Positions 52,523 to 61,933 are shown, counted from the first letter of the stretch. The stretch is 64,000 nucleotides of DNA from Nitrosopumilaceae archaeon (GCA_965207375.1 OZ242274.1:1248001-1312000); one strand, 5' to 3'. Program-made: numbers and translations. Notes: generated by a model not told the origin, from the sequence alone.

Positions 52523-53230
52523 ATGACAGTCATGTATGTGGATGATTCTGGATCGCCCAGCTACAAGGATAATACAAACTATTTCGTACTGGCAGGAATA
52601 GTAGTAGCAGATAACAAGATCAAGGCCCTGCAAAGAACAACACTCTAATACAAACATTCAATCTTTGAGGATGAAACTAGTGATTCAGAGATACATGTGC
52701 ACCACATGCACCAGTCTAGGGGAGATTTCAGATTTCTTGATCATCAGACAAAGAACAACCTGCTAGATGAATTATACAAAATGATTAAGGCACTTGATTG
52801 TGTTGGAATCGTGATCGTAATAAACAAGTATGAACTAAAACAAAGTAAACCCAACTGGGACGTGTTTAATACTGCCTGGTTGTTTCTCTTAGAGGCATAC
52901 GAGGAATTTCTACTAGAAAACTCACTGCGGGGAGGTAGGATCAAGGTAGACAAGAGCTCCGGTGCGATGCACAAAAAGACGGGTACAGTATTGGATACGG
53001 TCATAAAGAATAGGACGAAATCCCAAAAAATATCACGAATCACGCGTATTGAGTTTACAGATTCATCGGGAGTGTTTGGGATATAGATAGCAGATGCGTT
53101 TGCGTACTGTGCACTAAAACACAAAATGAAAGATGAACGGTTTGCTCGATACTGGGATACAGTTTACGACAAACTTGTAAGAGATCATCGTGGCACGGTA
53201 TTAAGACATGGTTACTTGGAATATCCTTTA
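52523..53230 (+). pseudogene. DUF3800-family pseudogene
   Basis: MYVDDSG, YFVLAG, EIH and GI*IADAFAY (QxAD motif broken); in-frame stops at 52646-52648 and 53084-53086; 3' end approximate. Confidence 0.85.
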
Positions 53231-53342
53231 GATGTCAAGAATGTACAGCAAGGAACCCCCCACTAGCACATCCCATAGGCGATGCGCCGCATCGCCCTTT
53301 GACAGTATTATATTATTCATAATACTATAAATAAATTTCAAA

Positions 53343-53635
53343 TTGCCTATTTCGAATAAGATCAGACATGCTTTTGAGAGTCTATCTAAGGAACCTGGTT
53401 TGTTGGGTGTAATCTTTAGAAAATCCCAAAACAAAATACAAGATCCTGCCAAACTAGAGCGACTAATCCGGCTAATAGATGGAGATTCCAAAGACAAGGA
53501 CAGAATTCTTTGGATGGGTATGTATATCGATGTCAAGGGTGAAATCTACGAGGGCTTGTTGGAAAAAAATGCAGAAGATGTCAAAAGTGGTGCAGGTCAG
53601 TACTTTACACCAAGAGCATTAATCTCTGCAATTAA
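53343..53635 (+). pseudogene. hsdM: fragment of type I restriction-modification methyltransferase HsdM
   Basis: QNKIQDPAKL, KGEIYEGLLEKNAEDVKSGAGQYFTPRALI; lacks the N-terminus and the SAM/NPPF core. Confidence 0.85.
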
Positions 53636-54129
53636 CATCGATTTCAAACTCTCAGTAATTGTATCTTTTCCCCCTACAAACTCTTTTGCATCTGCAATAT
53701 TTACAACAGCATCCTCAACATCATTTGTTTTAGTATATCGTCCAAGAGATAATCCTGATTGACACATCAACTACTGTCCTATCAAGTCCCATGATAGTTA
53801 ATCTCTGTGAGGGCCTCACTAGATCGTAGCGTAACCCAAATTTTAGGCACACAAAATTTATCGCACTTTTCATTAATTTAGGCAGGATTGTGCTACTATC
53901 CACATCCATCCCTATTGTGAACATCATGTGTGGATTTGTAATTATCTTCAAAATAACAACAAGCAATCCCTTTTTCAGCAAATTGTAGGGGGTCAGATTA
54001 AACTCTTGGTTAATTTGCGTGTTTTGTGCCTAAAATTGGACATGCAGGCGTGATATGCATAGTCTTTTCCAACCAAATACCAAATTTACCCAAAGATTCA
54101 TAAATTCAGATTAGCGAGTTTGAGCACAG

Positions 54130-54747
54130 TTGTTTTCTATATCTACCCTAGTTGATGTTGTAAGGATCCCTCCAAGCCTGTTTGGAACCACACTCAAAAA
54201 GGCGGCAATGAACATACTCAAGGAAAAATATGAGAGCATGATCAACGCAGACTTGGGCTATATCATTATGATTATGGATGCAAAGGTTGACGAGATGGGA
54301 AAGATGATTGCAGGAGATGGCGGAACATTTCATAGAGTCGAATTTGATGCATTAACATTTTATCCAAAATTACAAGAAATTGTCCAAGGTGAAATTGTAG
54401 ACATTACAGACTTTGGCGCCTTTGTTAGGATAGGACCAACTGATGCGTTACTACACCTCTCACAGGTCATGGATGATTATCTAAAAAGTGATGTAAAGTC
54501 TGGCATGATAATTGCCAACCAGAGTGGCAAGACCTTAAGGGTAGGTTCTACACTGCGTGCAAGAATTACTGCAGTTTCATTAGGAAAGGCAGCCACCATG
54601 GGAAAAATTGGAATTACCTGCAGACAGCCTTTCTTGGGTGCAGACGAATGGATTGCAGAAGAAACCAAAAAGGCAGATGAACTCCCCGAAGCTAAACCAA
54701 AGGCTGAAAAAGATAAACCAAAGGCTGAAAAAGCAAAGGTGAAGTAG
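54130..54747 (+). CDS. rpoE1: RNA polymerase subunit Rpo7 (E')
   Basis: VRIPP, GDGG, S1 domain FGAFVRIGPTDALLH, TCRQPFLG. Confidence 0.96.
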   Translation: MFSISTLVDVVRIPPSLFGTTLKKAAMNILKEKYESMINADLGYIIMIMDAKVDEMGKMIAGDGGTFHRVEFDALTFYPKLQEIVQGEIVDITDFGAFVRIGPTDALLHLSQVMDDYLKSDVKSGMIIANQSGKTLRVGSTLRARITAVSLGKAATMGKIGITCRQPFLGADEWIAEETKKADELPEAKPKAEKDKPKAEKAKVK

Positions 54748-54936
54748 ATGGTTAGGGAAATGGCGTGCAGAAAATGCAAGTATGTCACAACCGGAAAAGT
54801 TTGTCCTGCGTGCAAATCATCAGACCTTACACCCGACTGGAATGGAGTGGTACTTGTGGTTGAACCAACACACTCTACAATTGCAAAAACTTTAGGAATT
54901 ACTGGAAAAGGAAAGTATGCACTAAAGGTAACATAA
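54748..54936 (+). CDS. spt4: transcription elongation factor Spt4 (RpoE'')
   Basis: ACRKC..CPAC, WNG, GKYALKV. Confidence 0.95.
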   Translation: MVREMACRKCKYVTTGKVCPACKSSDLTPDWNGVVLVVEPTHSTIAKTLGITGKGKYALKVT

Positions 54937-54937
54937 A

Positions 54938-55753
54938 TTGCAACTAGACATAAAAAAAGAACTCTTGCGGTTTTTAGCAGAAGATATCAGAACCGGCGAC
55001 ATTACGAGCTCTCTGTTGCCAAAAAAACAAATTTGCGCCAGAATAATTTCAAGACAAGGCGGAATAGTAGCCGGAGTAAAATTTACAAAACAGCTTTTCA
55101 ATTTAAAAAACTGTACAGTAACTGTAAAAACAAGAGACGGCCAAAAGATTATACCAAACCAGACGATAATTCAAATTGCAGGAAACCTACAAGACATACT
55201 GTCCTGTGAGCGAACCGCATTGAATCTGCTGTCTCGCATGAGCGGCATTGCCACACAAACAAACATACTGGCAAAAAATCTTCCAAAGAAAACAAAACTG
55301 TTTGCAACACGCAAAACCGCCCCAGGACTGCGCATATTTGACAAAGAGGCAGTAAAAATAGGCGGTGGCCAAAAACACAGAATGGCACTAGACGAGATGA
55401 TACTAATCAAAGACAATCATCTCTCAGTTGGACTCTCAATAGAGCAGCTGCTAAAACGCGCAAAAAAAAGATACCGCCGTATCGAAATCGAGGTTGAAAC
55501 AAAGCAGGATGCAATTATTGCCGCACAAAACGGCGCCACAATTATAATGCTAGATAATTTCACACCTGCGCAGATAACTGCCACAATTACGGAGCTCAAA
55601 AAACAAAGATTACACAAAAAGGTAAAAATTGAGGCCTCTGGCGGCATTACTGCACAAAACATTACAAAATATGCAAAAACTGGAATAGACATGATATCTG
55701 TTGGCACAATTACAAACTCTGCAGCTGCAATAGACTTTAGTTTGGAAATATGA
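54938..55753 (+). CDS. nadC: nicotinate-nucleotide pyrophosphorylase (carboxylating)
   Basis: EDI..GDITS, ERTALN, TRKT, IKDNH, MLDNF, EASGGI. Confidence 0.96.
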   Translation: MQLDIKKELLRFLAEDIRTGDITSSLLPKKQICARIISRQGGIVAGVKFTKQLFNLKNCTVTVKTRDGQKIIPNQTIIQIAGNLQDILSCERTALNLLSRMSGIATQTNILAKNLPKKTKLFATRKTAPGLRIFDKEAVKIGGGQKHRMALDEMILIKDNHLSVGLSIEQLLKRAKKRYRRIEIEVETKQDAIIAAQNGATIIMLDNFTPAQITATITELKKQRLHKKVKIEASGGITAQNITKYAKTGIDMISVGTITNSAAAIDFSLEI

Positions 55754-55871
55754 TTCTCAAAAAAAGGCTTGGTATACAAAAGACCCCATTTTATCGCACA
55801 AAATGTAACACTTGACTCTCCCAAATTAATTTACAAGTATTGATAAACTGCACTAGTGAAATCACAGATTT

Positions 55872-56264
55872 TTATGCCTCTAGCTTTCCTGCTAGTTCTC
55901 TGACGCCTTTGTTTTTTTCGTCAACCTCTAAAATCATATTGCAGCATTTTCTTGCCTGCTCTTTTTGGTCAAGAAAATAATGAGAGTTTGCCTTTAACAA
56001 TAGCGCATCAACATCATAGGTGGCAATATCTAATGTACGCTCAAAATAAGATAATGCTGTACTGTATTTTTTTTGCATATAGTAGATGCTTCCCACAATA
56101 AACAAAATATCGTGATCATGTGGTATTTTTTTCAGATATATTTTACCAACATCTAATACCTCTGCATATTGCTTTTTTTTGACAAGCTTTTTGATGTTTT
56201 TCTTTTTTTCTAGATTTTGCCGTCTTGCAACCTCTTCTGGAGTCTTGTTAAACAATCCTGTCAA
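55872..56264 (-). CDS. TPR-repeat protein
   Basis: Helical repeats of the type GSIYYMQKKYSTALSYFERTL. Confidence 0.8.
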   Translation of the reverse strand: MTGLFNKTPEEVARRQNLEKKKNIKKLVKKKQYAEVLDVGKIYLKKIPHDHDILFIVGSIYYMQKKYSTALSYFERTLDIATYDVDALLLKANSHYFLDQKEQARKCCNMILEVDEKNKGVRELAGKLEA

Positions 56265-56285
56265 ACCAAAAACCTACAAGATAAG

Positions 56286-57239
56286 CTAACCTATGGCAAT
56301 CATGCGTTCAATGGCAAGTCGTGCCTTGTCTGCAATTTCCTTTGGAACCTGAACCTCATATTTATTTTCATATAACGCATCTCTTACATTTTGTAGATTT
56401 ATCATCTTCATGTATTGGCATTCTGCCTTTTCAGATGCAGGAACAAACGTTTTTCTGGGATTTTGCTGCCTCATCCTGTGTAAAATCCCAGTCTCTGTTG
56501 CAACTACAAATTTTTCAGAACTAGACTTTGCAGCATATTTCATCATGCCCTCTGTAGATAGAATTGAAACCTTGCATCCGTCATAGCTTCCTGCTGCTGT
56601 ATCGTACAGCATAGGAGTGGTGCAGCTGCATTCTGGATGAATCAGAAACTCTGCATCATGCATTGAATTCAGCTTGTTTCGTACATCTTTGGGAGTAATT
56701 CCTGCATGTACGTGACATTCCCCTGCCCAAATGCGCATGTTTTTTCTCCCTGTAACCTTTGCAACATAGGAGCCCAAGAACATGTCAGGCAGAAACAAAA
56801 TTTCCCGGTCCTTTGCAATTGACTCTACCACCTTTACTGCATTTGAGGAGGTACAGCAATAATCTAGTTCTGATTTTATTTCTGCTGTAGTATTTACATA
56901 ACCTACAGTAATTGCATCAGGGTGCTGTTTTTTCCATTTTTGCAAATCCTGCAATGTTATTGAATCAGAAAGTGAACACCCTGCCTCCAAATTTGGAATA
57001 AACACCTGCTTTTGGGGACTAATAATTGCAGCAGTTTCTGCCATAAAGTGAACTCCACAAAACAAAATTCTCTTGTGTTCGGTGCTGCCTGCCTGCCTAG
57101 ATAGTCCCAAAGAGTCTCCGATAAAATCTGCAACATCTTGAACCTCTGGTACCTGATAATTGTGAGCTAAAATCAGAACATCTTTTTGTTTTTTCAAGCA
57201 AAGAACCTCCTCCTTTAGACTCGCTATCTGAGTAAGCAT
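56286..57239 (-). CDS. nadA: quinolinate synthase
   Basis: LAHNYQ, GDSL, CGVHFMAE, AGCS, CHVH, HPEC, CQYMK; ATG 57239 preferred. Confidence 0.96.
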   Translation of the reverse strand: MLTQIASLKEEVLCLKKQKDVLILAHNYQVPEVQDVADFIGDSLGLSRQAGSTEHKRILFCGVHFMAETAAIISPQKQVFIPNLEAGCSLSDSITLQDLQKWKKQHPDAITVGYVNTTAEIKSELDYCCTSSNAVKVVESIAKDREILFLPDMFLGSYVAKVTGRKNMRIWAGECHVHAGITPKDVRNKLNSMHDAEFLIHPECSCTTPMLYDTAAGSYDGCKVSILSTEGMMKYAAKSSSEKFVVATETGILHRMRQQNPRKTFVPASEKAECQYMKMINLQNVRDALYENKYEVQVPKEIADKARLAIERMIAIG

Positions 57240-57334
57240 AATCAAAAATTGTGTAAACCTAAAGCATTTAAAGAATAAGATAATACACAAAAATCTTCTG
57301 TCATCTGTATAATGTCGGCAATTATTGCCAAATT

Positions 57335-57436
57335 GTATCTGTTAGCATTGTTTTGAATTTATGGTAATTTTAGACATGAAATTATTTTGCTGTCAAAAGA
57401 TAGAATGAAAAATTCAGGCATAACGTTAACACTTAC
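57335..57436 (+). mobile_element. MITE family 1 copy between nadX and nadA
   Basis: Flanks GCCAAATT (57327-57334) and GCCAAACT (57437-57444), a 7/8 TSD. Confidence 0.85.
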
Positions 57437-57442
57437 GCCAAA

Positions 57443-58258
57443 CTAGGTGCCGATTTGAATTTCCTTGGAACAAATTTGGCGCAGTTTTTCAATGGCTGAA
57501 AGTATTGCTAGTCTGCTGGTTTTGGGATTTGCAGGGTCTGGCACATTTTGTATTTCAAAGCTCATCTTGCCAAATGTACCTTTTGCTACAATAAGATGTG
57601 TATTTTTGTCAGTACTTGGGTCTGCAACTATTTTGACCTCTGTGTTGGCACCTCCGATAGTTATCAGACTCAAAATTGCTGCCACATTGATGTTTGCAGG
57701 AAACAGAGAAACTGCCTGCTTGGCTGTTCCCTCAAAAATAACAATAGCCTTTTTTATTGAATCCAAATCAATATTCTCTGTTTCAAAAAATCTTGCTCCC
57801 TTTAATGAACGCGGGTGTTTTGTAGTAGTAAGAGATACACTAGATATTTCATTTCTTACTGATTTTAATCCATCAAGACCCGCTATTGCTCCAGAAGGCA
57901 GATAGACCGTCCTGTTAAAGTCTTTGCACGCATCTGAAATTATTTCAAATATTGACTCATCTAAAAGCGCACCCGTACTCATTATCATTAGATCCTTTCT
58001 ATTTTGCAGCACGCTCAGAGCTGCATCTCTTACTGCATCCTGTGATGCTGCCTCAACTACAAGATCTATTGGTTGGGATGATAACAGGTGAAAGTTCTCA
58101 ACTATTTTGGGTGCAGTTTTTAGTTGAGATACTAGTTTTTCAGAACGGGATTTGTCAGTATCATATACATGGGTAAGTGAGGCATCAATTTTACCCTCAT
58201 CAATTGCCAAAGCAATCTGGGTTCCGATTGCGCCACACCCAAGCAATGCTATCTTCAT
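57443..58258 (-). CDS. nadX: L-aspartate dehydrogenase
   Basis: GCGAIG, VEAAS, PSGAIAGLD, FPANINVAA, NPKTS. Confidence 0.95.
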   Translation of the reverse strand: MKIALLGCGAIGTQIALAIDEGKIDASLTHVYDTDKSRSEKLVSQLKTAPKIVENFHLLSSQPIDLVVEAASQDAVRDAALSVLQNRKDLMIMSTGALLDESIFEIISDACKDFNRTVYLPSGAIAGLDGLKSVRNEISSVSLTTTKHPRSLKGARFFETENIDLDSIKKAIVIFEGTAKQAVSLFPANINVAAILSLITIGGANTEVKIVADPSTDKNTHLIVAKGTFGKMSFEIQNVPDPANPKTSRLAILSAIEKLRQICSKEIQIGT

Positions 58259-58457
58259 CGTATTGTATTTTGACTTTCAAGTTATTAATTGTAGATCACG
58301 ATGCTCTGATTGCCTCAAAATCAAAGTCATTTGGCAAAAACTAGGATTATCAAGTTTTTCAAGTATGTGGCAACTTTAACAAATTATGGTAACAGCTTGG
58401 TCTCTAGAAGTTACCTGACAGAAACGGTTAAAGATCATAAAATCCTGTATTGTGTAG

Positions 58458-58730
58458 TTGATTGCCAAATCTGAGCTGCCAAACATAGATTGGAACAATC
58501 CAGATGTGGTAAAATTATTCGAATACGTTACAGGACGGTTTGAACGCATAGAACGTGACAACGAACACCTAAACAAAGTAAATCACCAGCTTGAGATGAA
58601 ATACCGCATAGCTCAGAGTGAAAATGAGCAGCTCAGAGCACAGATAGCCAAATTGATGAGCAATCAAGACCCAAAGACTGTTGCAGATGCCACTCTCAAA
58701 GATGCACTAAACACAGACTCGACACTGTAG
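58458..58730 (+). CDS. coiled-coil hypothetical protein, possibly mobile-element associated
   Basis: 90 aa with heptads; ends 14 bp before the truncated IS. Confidence 0.55.
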   Translation: MIAKSELPNIDWNNPDVVKLFEYVTGRFERIERDNEHLNKVNHQLEMKYRIAQSENEQLRAQIAKLMSNQDPKTVADATLKDALNTDSTL

Positions 58731-58744
58731 AGGACAAAACACTA

Positions 58745-59455
58745 GATGAATCCGTGCTGTACTTTGTGCCTGTACCTGATGTATTCGCTTCTCTTACTAG
58801 GACTGAGACCAGTACCATCAGGTGCAAGATGAAGTGCACTCTTTTTGCCTTGTGCCGTAATGAGGTCATCTTTGATTGACACCTTGACGGTTTTCATTCT
58901 TTTTTGGATCTGACTAAAGCTTGGAACATACTCTTGGCCTAGTGCCTCTGTTGCAAAGCCTTCTAGTATGCGATAGGATAATCCACAAAATGCCCTCATT
59001 GTTGCAAGAGCTAGTATTGTAGATTCTGCGTATCTGTAAGGGTGACCGTTTTTCTTTTTGTTGGCTCTTTTGAGTTCATCGTCATGATCTGGATTTTTTT
59101 TGGGATATATCATGCGTCCAACTGCTAGATATCTTGCATCGTTTTGTGCATTGGTCATCTTTAGACGTGATTTTTGCTTTGGTTTACTCGAAACTTTTTG
59201 CTCTGTCAATATTGTGACCTCCTGTAAATCATGTACCAGGCGTTGCCGAAGATTTTATACCTCCTTGGTTTGTATTGTATCAGGATTGTTTGCTCATCTC
59301 TTATGTGCAATCTGAGATGAGTAGGCAATCCTACTATTTGGATCTGAAAGGTCAAACTTTGTCTATTATATCATCAAATTGATTTCTCCCAGACCGAATC
59401 TGGCCTGAAAATTGCAAATTTTGAAAAATTCTAGGCAGGGTTATAACACAAACTA
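58745..59455 (-). mobile_element. truncated copy of the IS5-like element
   Basis: Appears identical to 45601-46311, including the TIR at 59438-59455; transposase cut after ...VQHGFI. Confidence 0.93.
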
Positions 59456-59504
59456 TCAACCTTAGATTACTTATATTCTAGTAAAGGATGATTATTACAA
59501 GAAT

Positions 59505-61298
59505 TTGATTAAAATACAATTAGCAATACCCATGTTTGCACTAATTCTCTTGGTGCCAGCACGTGTACTTGCACAACAAACAAATGAATTAAACACCGAA
59601 CAAATAGATAATCCTCACATTTTATCACCTGATGATATTGTAGGTCCGGTAGGACGAGCTGATGACTTGAATGAAGCTCACAGTAAATTAACTAATATAA
59701 TGCAACAACAGTCTTTTGGAAATTTTGATACACCTGATTACCCATTTATTCTAGCAGCAGTTGATGAGCAAAAAGGTGACCTTGTTGTAGTGATGCATGC
59801 AATGGCCGCTGCAGCCAACATCGAATACGAAGAAGAAGAGATTGCAATTGCACTAAACACAGATGTTCCTATTGATATTCAGTATGGCGTCTTTGTCTTA
59901 GAAGTATCTCAATCAAGAATTGAGAGCTGGAAGCAGTACTATAAGGACAACTGTATTCCAGTAAAAGCAGGTTATCAGACAGTCTGTAAAATTTTTGGAG
60001 ATAACTTAAGAAAGGAAGGAATTAACCCTGATTCTTTAGGTTCTACGTCTCCTGTTACTCCAAAACCTGCAAAGTCAACCTCTCCATGTGATGAAGATGA
60101 CGATTCACTGGCTTGTTATTATTACAAACGATACCAGGATAAATGCATTCCAACTAAAACCACGTCCCGATGCGATACTTATGCAACCCAAATTAAAAAT
60201 GCAGGGTATGAAGTACCAACAAAGCCTGCAACAATAGTTAAAGTTACGCCACCAAAAGTTACTGGCATACAGGCTGCAATGTATCGTGATGATATCAAGA
60301 TAACATGGAATACACCGCAATATGCAGTTGACAAGTATAGAGTGTACATATATGAGGATAACAGACGTGTTGATAGAGAGTATATCTATACAAACTCTTA
60401 CACATACGATGAGGTAAAAAAAGGCAAAGATTACAAGTTTAGAGTGTATGTCTACTATGAGAGTAATACTAAACTGACATCGACTTATGGTGGATATGTT
60501 TGGTCTAACGTGGTAAGTGTACCTGCGGGTACAACTACGATAACACCTGTGCCCAATCCCAACCCAACTCCTACCCCAGCAGTTGAAACAAACTCGACTT
60601 CAATATATGGTGGAAATCTATACCATTTGAAGTCACAAAACAATACGGGGATTTATCACACCCCATCAACGGTTACAATAGGTGCAACAAACAGTACCGG
60701 CTCTGTAGGTGTTGTAGTAAGTGGTCACGGTATCATCTTACCTACAGGTCACACATTTGCAGGTCATGCATTTGGAGCTAACAGTACTATATTCTCAAAT
60801 AGCATGGTACTAGTCCATTATGGACCACAAATAGATGCAGCATTCATACCAATTACAGAGCCAGACATCGTAGCAGACAACAAAGTTCAATCCTTAACTG
60901 GAGATGTAATATCTGTGGTTAATGGAACTTTGAGTAGTGTACCGCCTTATGAAACTTTGACCATTTATGGAAGTCAAACAAATGGTAATGGTACTTTACT
61001 ATACAAAAATGCTACATCCTTTTCAAGTGAGGGCAACCAGTTCTTAACCAATGCCGGAATAGCTTTGTATCCTAGCATTGGTGGTGATAGTGGAGCTCCA
61101 ATAATATACAACGATAATGGAACTGCATTCCTAGTTGGTGTGCATCAAGGCGGTGTATGTATTTTTGAAACCAATTCTAATAACTATAGAATTGATATTG
61201 AGAGTCATCTAAATCTTTGCAATTATGCCACTGATTATTATTATTACAAGATATTTAGTGCATGGGAACTTGTAAGAGAGACACTTTCGCTACAATGA
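59505..61298 (+). CDS. secreted trypsin-like (S1/PA clan) serine protease with Cys repeats and FN3 domain
   Basis: Signal peptide; FN3 pattern ITWNTP..YRVY..YKFRVY; triad VVSGHG, IDAAF, GGDSGAP. Confidence 0.85.
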   Translation: MIKIQLAIPMFALILLVPARVLAQQTNELNTEQIDNPHILSPDDIVGPVGRADDLNEAHSKLTNIMQQQSFGNFDTPDYPFILAAVDEQKGDLVVVMHAMAAAANIEYEEEEIAIALNTDVPIDIQYGVFVLEVSQSRIESWKQYYKDNCIPVKAGYQTVCKIFGDNLRKEGINPDSLGSTSPVTPKPAKSTSPCDEDDDSLACYYYKRYQDKCIPTKTTSRCDTYATQIKNAGYEVPTKPATIVKVTPPKVTGIQAAMYRDDIKITWNTPQYAVDKYRVYIYEDNRRVDREYIYTNSYTYDEVKKGKDYKFRVYVYYESNTKLTSTYGGYVWSNVVSVPAGTTTITPVPNPNPTPTPAVETNSTSIYGGNLYHLKSQNNTGIYHTPSTVTIGATNSTGSVGVVVSGHGIILPTGHTFAGHAFGANSTIFSNSMVLVHYGPQIDAAFIPITEPDIVADNKVQSLTGDVISVVNGTLSSVPPYETLTIYGSQTNGNGTLLYKNATSFSSEGNQFLTNAGIALYPSIGGDSGAPIIYNDNGTAFLVGVHQGGVCIFETNSNNYRIDIESHLNLCNYATDYYYYKIFSAWELVRETLSLQ

Positions 61299-61489
61299 AT
61301 CGACGACTTTTAATTTATTCTATTTTTTTTATTTTTATAATTTTTACAATATGTTTTCTAGTTTTTTATGAAAATTGCGAGGCCAATGCACAATATCCAA
61401 TCATAGGTAGAGAACCAGGCGAAGAACAGGTTATGCATGATATTCTGCCACCTGAGAAAGTAAAAGAACCCATTGATGCACCATGTTAA
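61295..61489 (+). CDS. small membrane/secreted protein coupled to the protease gene
   Basis: ATGA overlap with the protease stop; MNRRLLIYSIFFIFIIF... signal/TM segment. Confidence 0.55.
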   Translation: MNRRLLIYSIFFIFIIFTICFLVFYENCEANAQYPIIGREPGEEQVMHDILPPEKVKEPIDAPC

Positions 61490-61562
61490 ACTAGGCAAGA
61501 CCTTTTTCAACTATGCCAACAAAATAAACACGAAATGCTTTGAGCACATTATGCAGTGTACC

Positions 61563-61642
61563 AGATGGTGGCCAAGATGGTGGCCAAGATGGTGGCCAAG
61601 ATGGTGGCCAAGATGGTGGCCAAGATGGTGGCCAAGATGGTG
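61563..61642. repeat. 12-bp tandem repeat AGATGGTGGCCA x6.7
   Basis: Six exact units plus 8 bp; GC-rich within an AT-rich intergenic region. Confidence 0.95.
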
Positions 61643-61933
61643 CTGTTTTTAGATGAGACATACATCTTACGAGATACAAGAGTTTTTCAAGACCCAAGAT
61701 ATCGTATTGATATGGTGCACTGTAGGGCAGTAACGCTTTGACTTTCTAAAGTTGCGTGCATAAAAAATACCAAATCTATGATTTTTACATTTAATTCAGG
61801 CATGTCACTTTATAAAATCGATCAGTCACAAATTATGGTGTTTTTTGACATGGTATCGTTTATGATTTAAAACTTGATTTTTCCAGAATAATATATTTAT
61901 GTTCAAAAAAAACCATATCTGTAGAGAAAAATT

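Noticed and set aside
52646-53086. Stop-codon readthrough or recoding in DUF3800 and the 6048 pseudogene
   Set aside because: Both TAA and TAG occur, normal genes use these as stops, and frameshifts accompany them in the 6048 locus; decay is the simpler explanation
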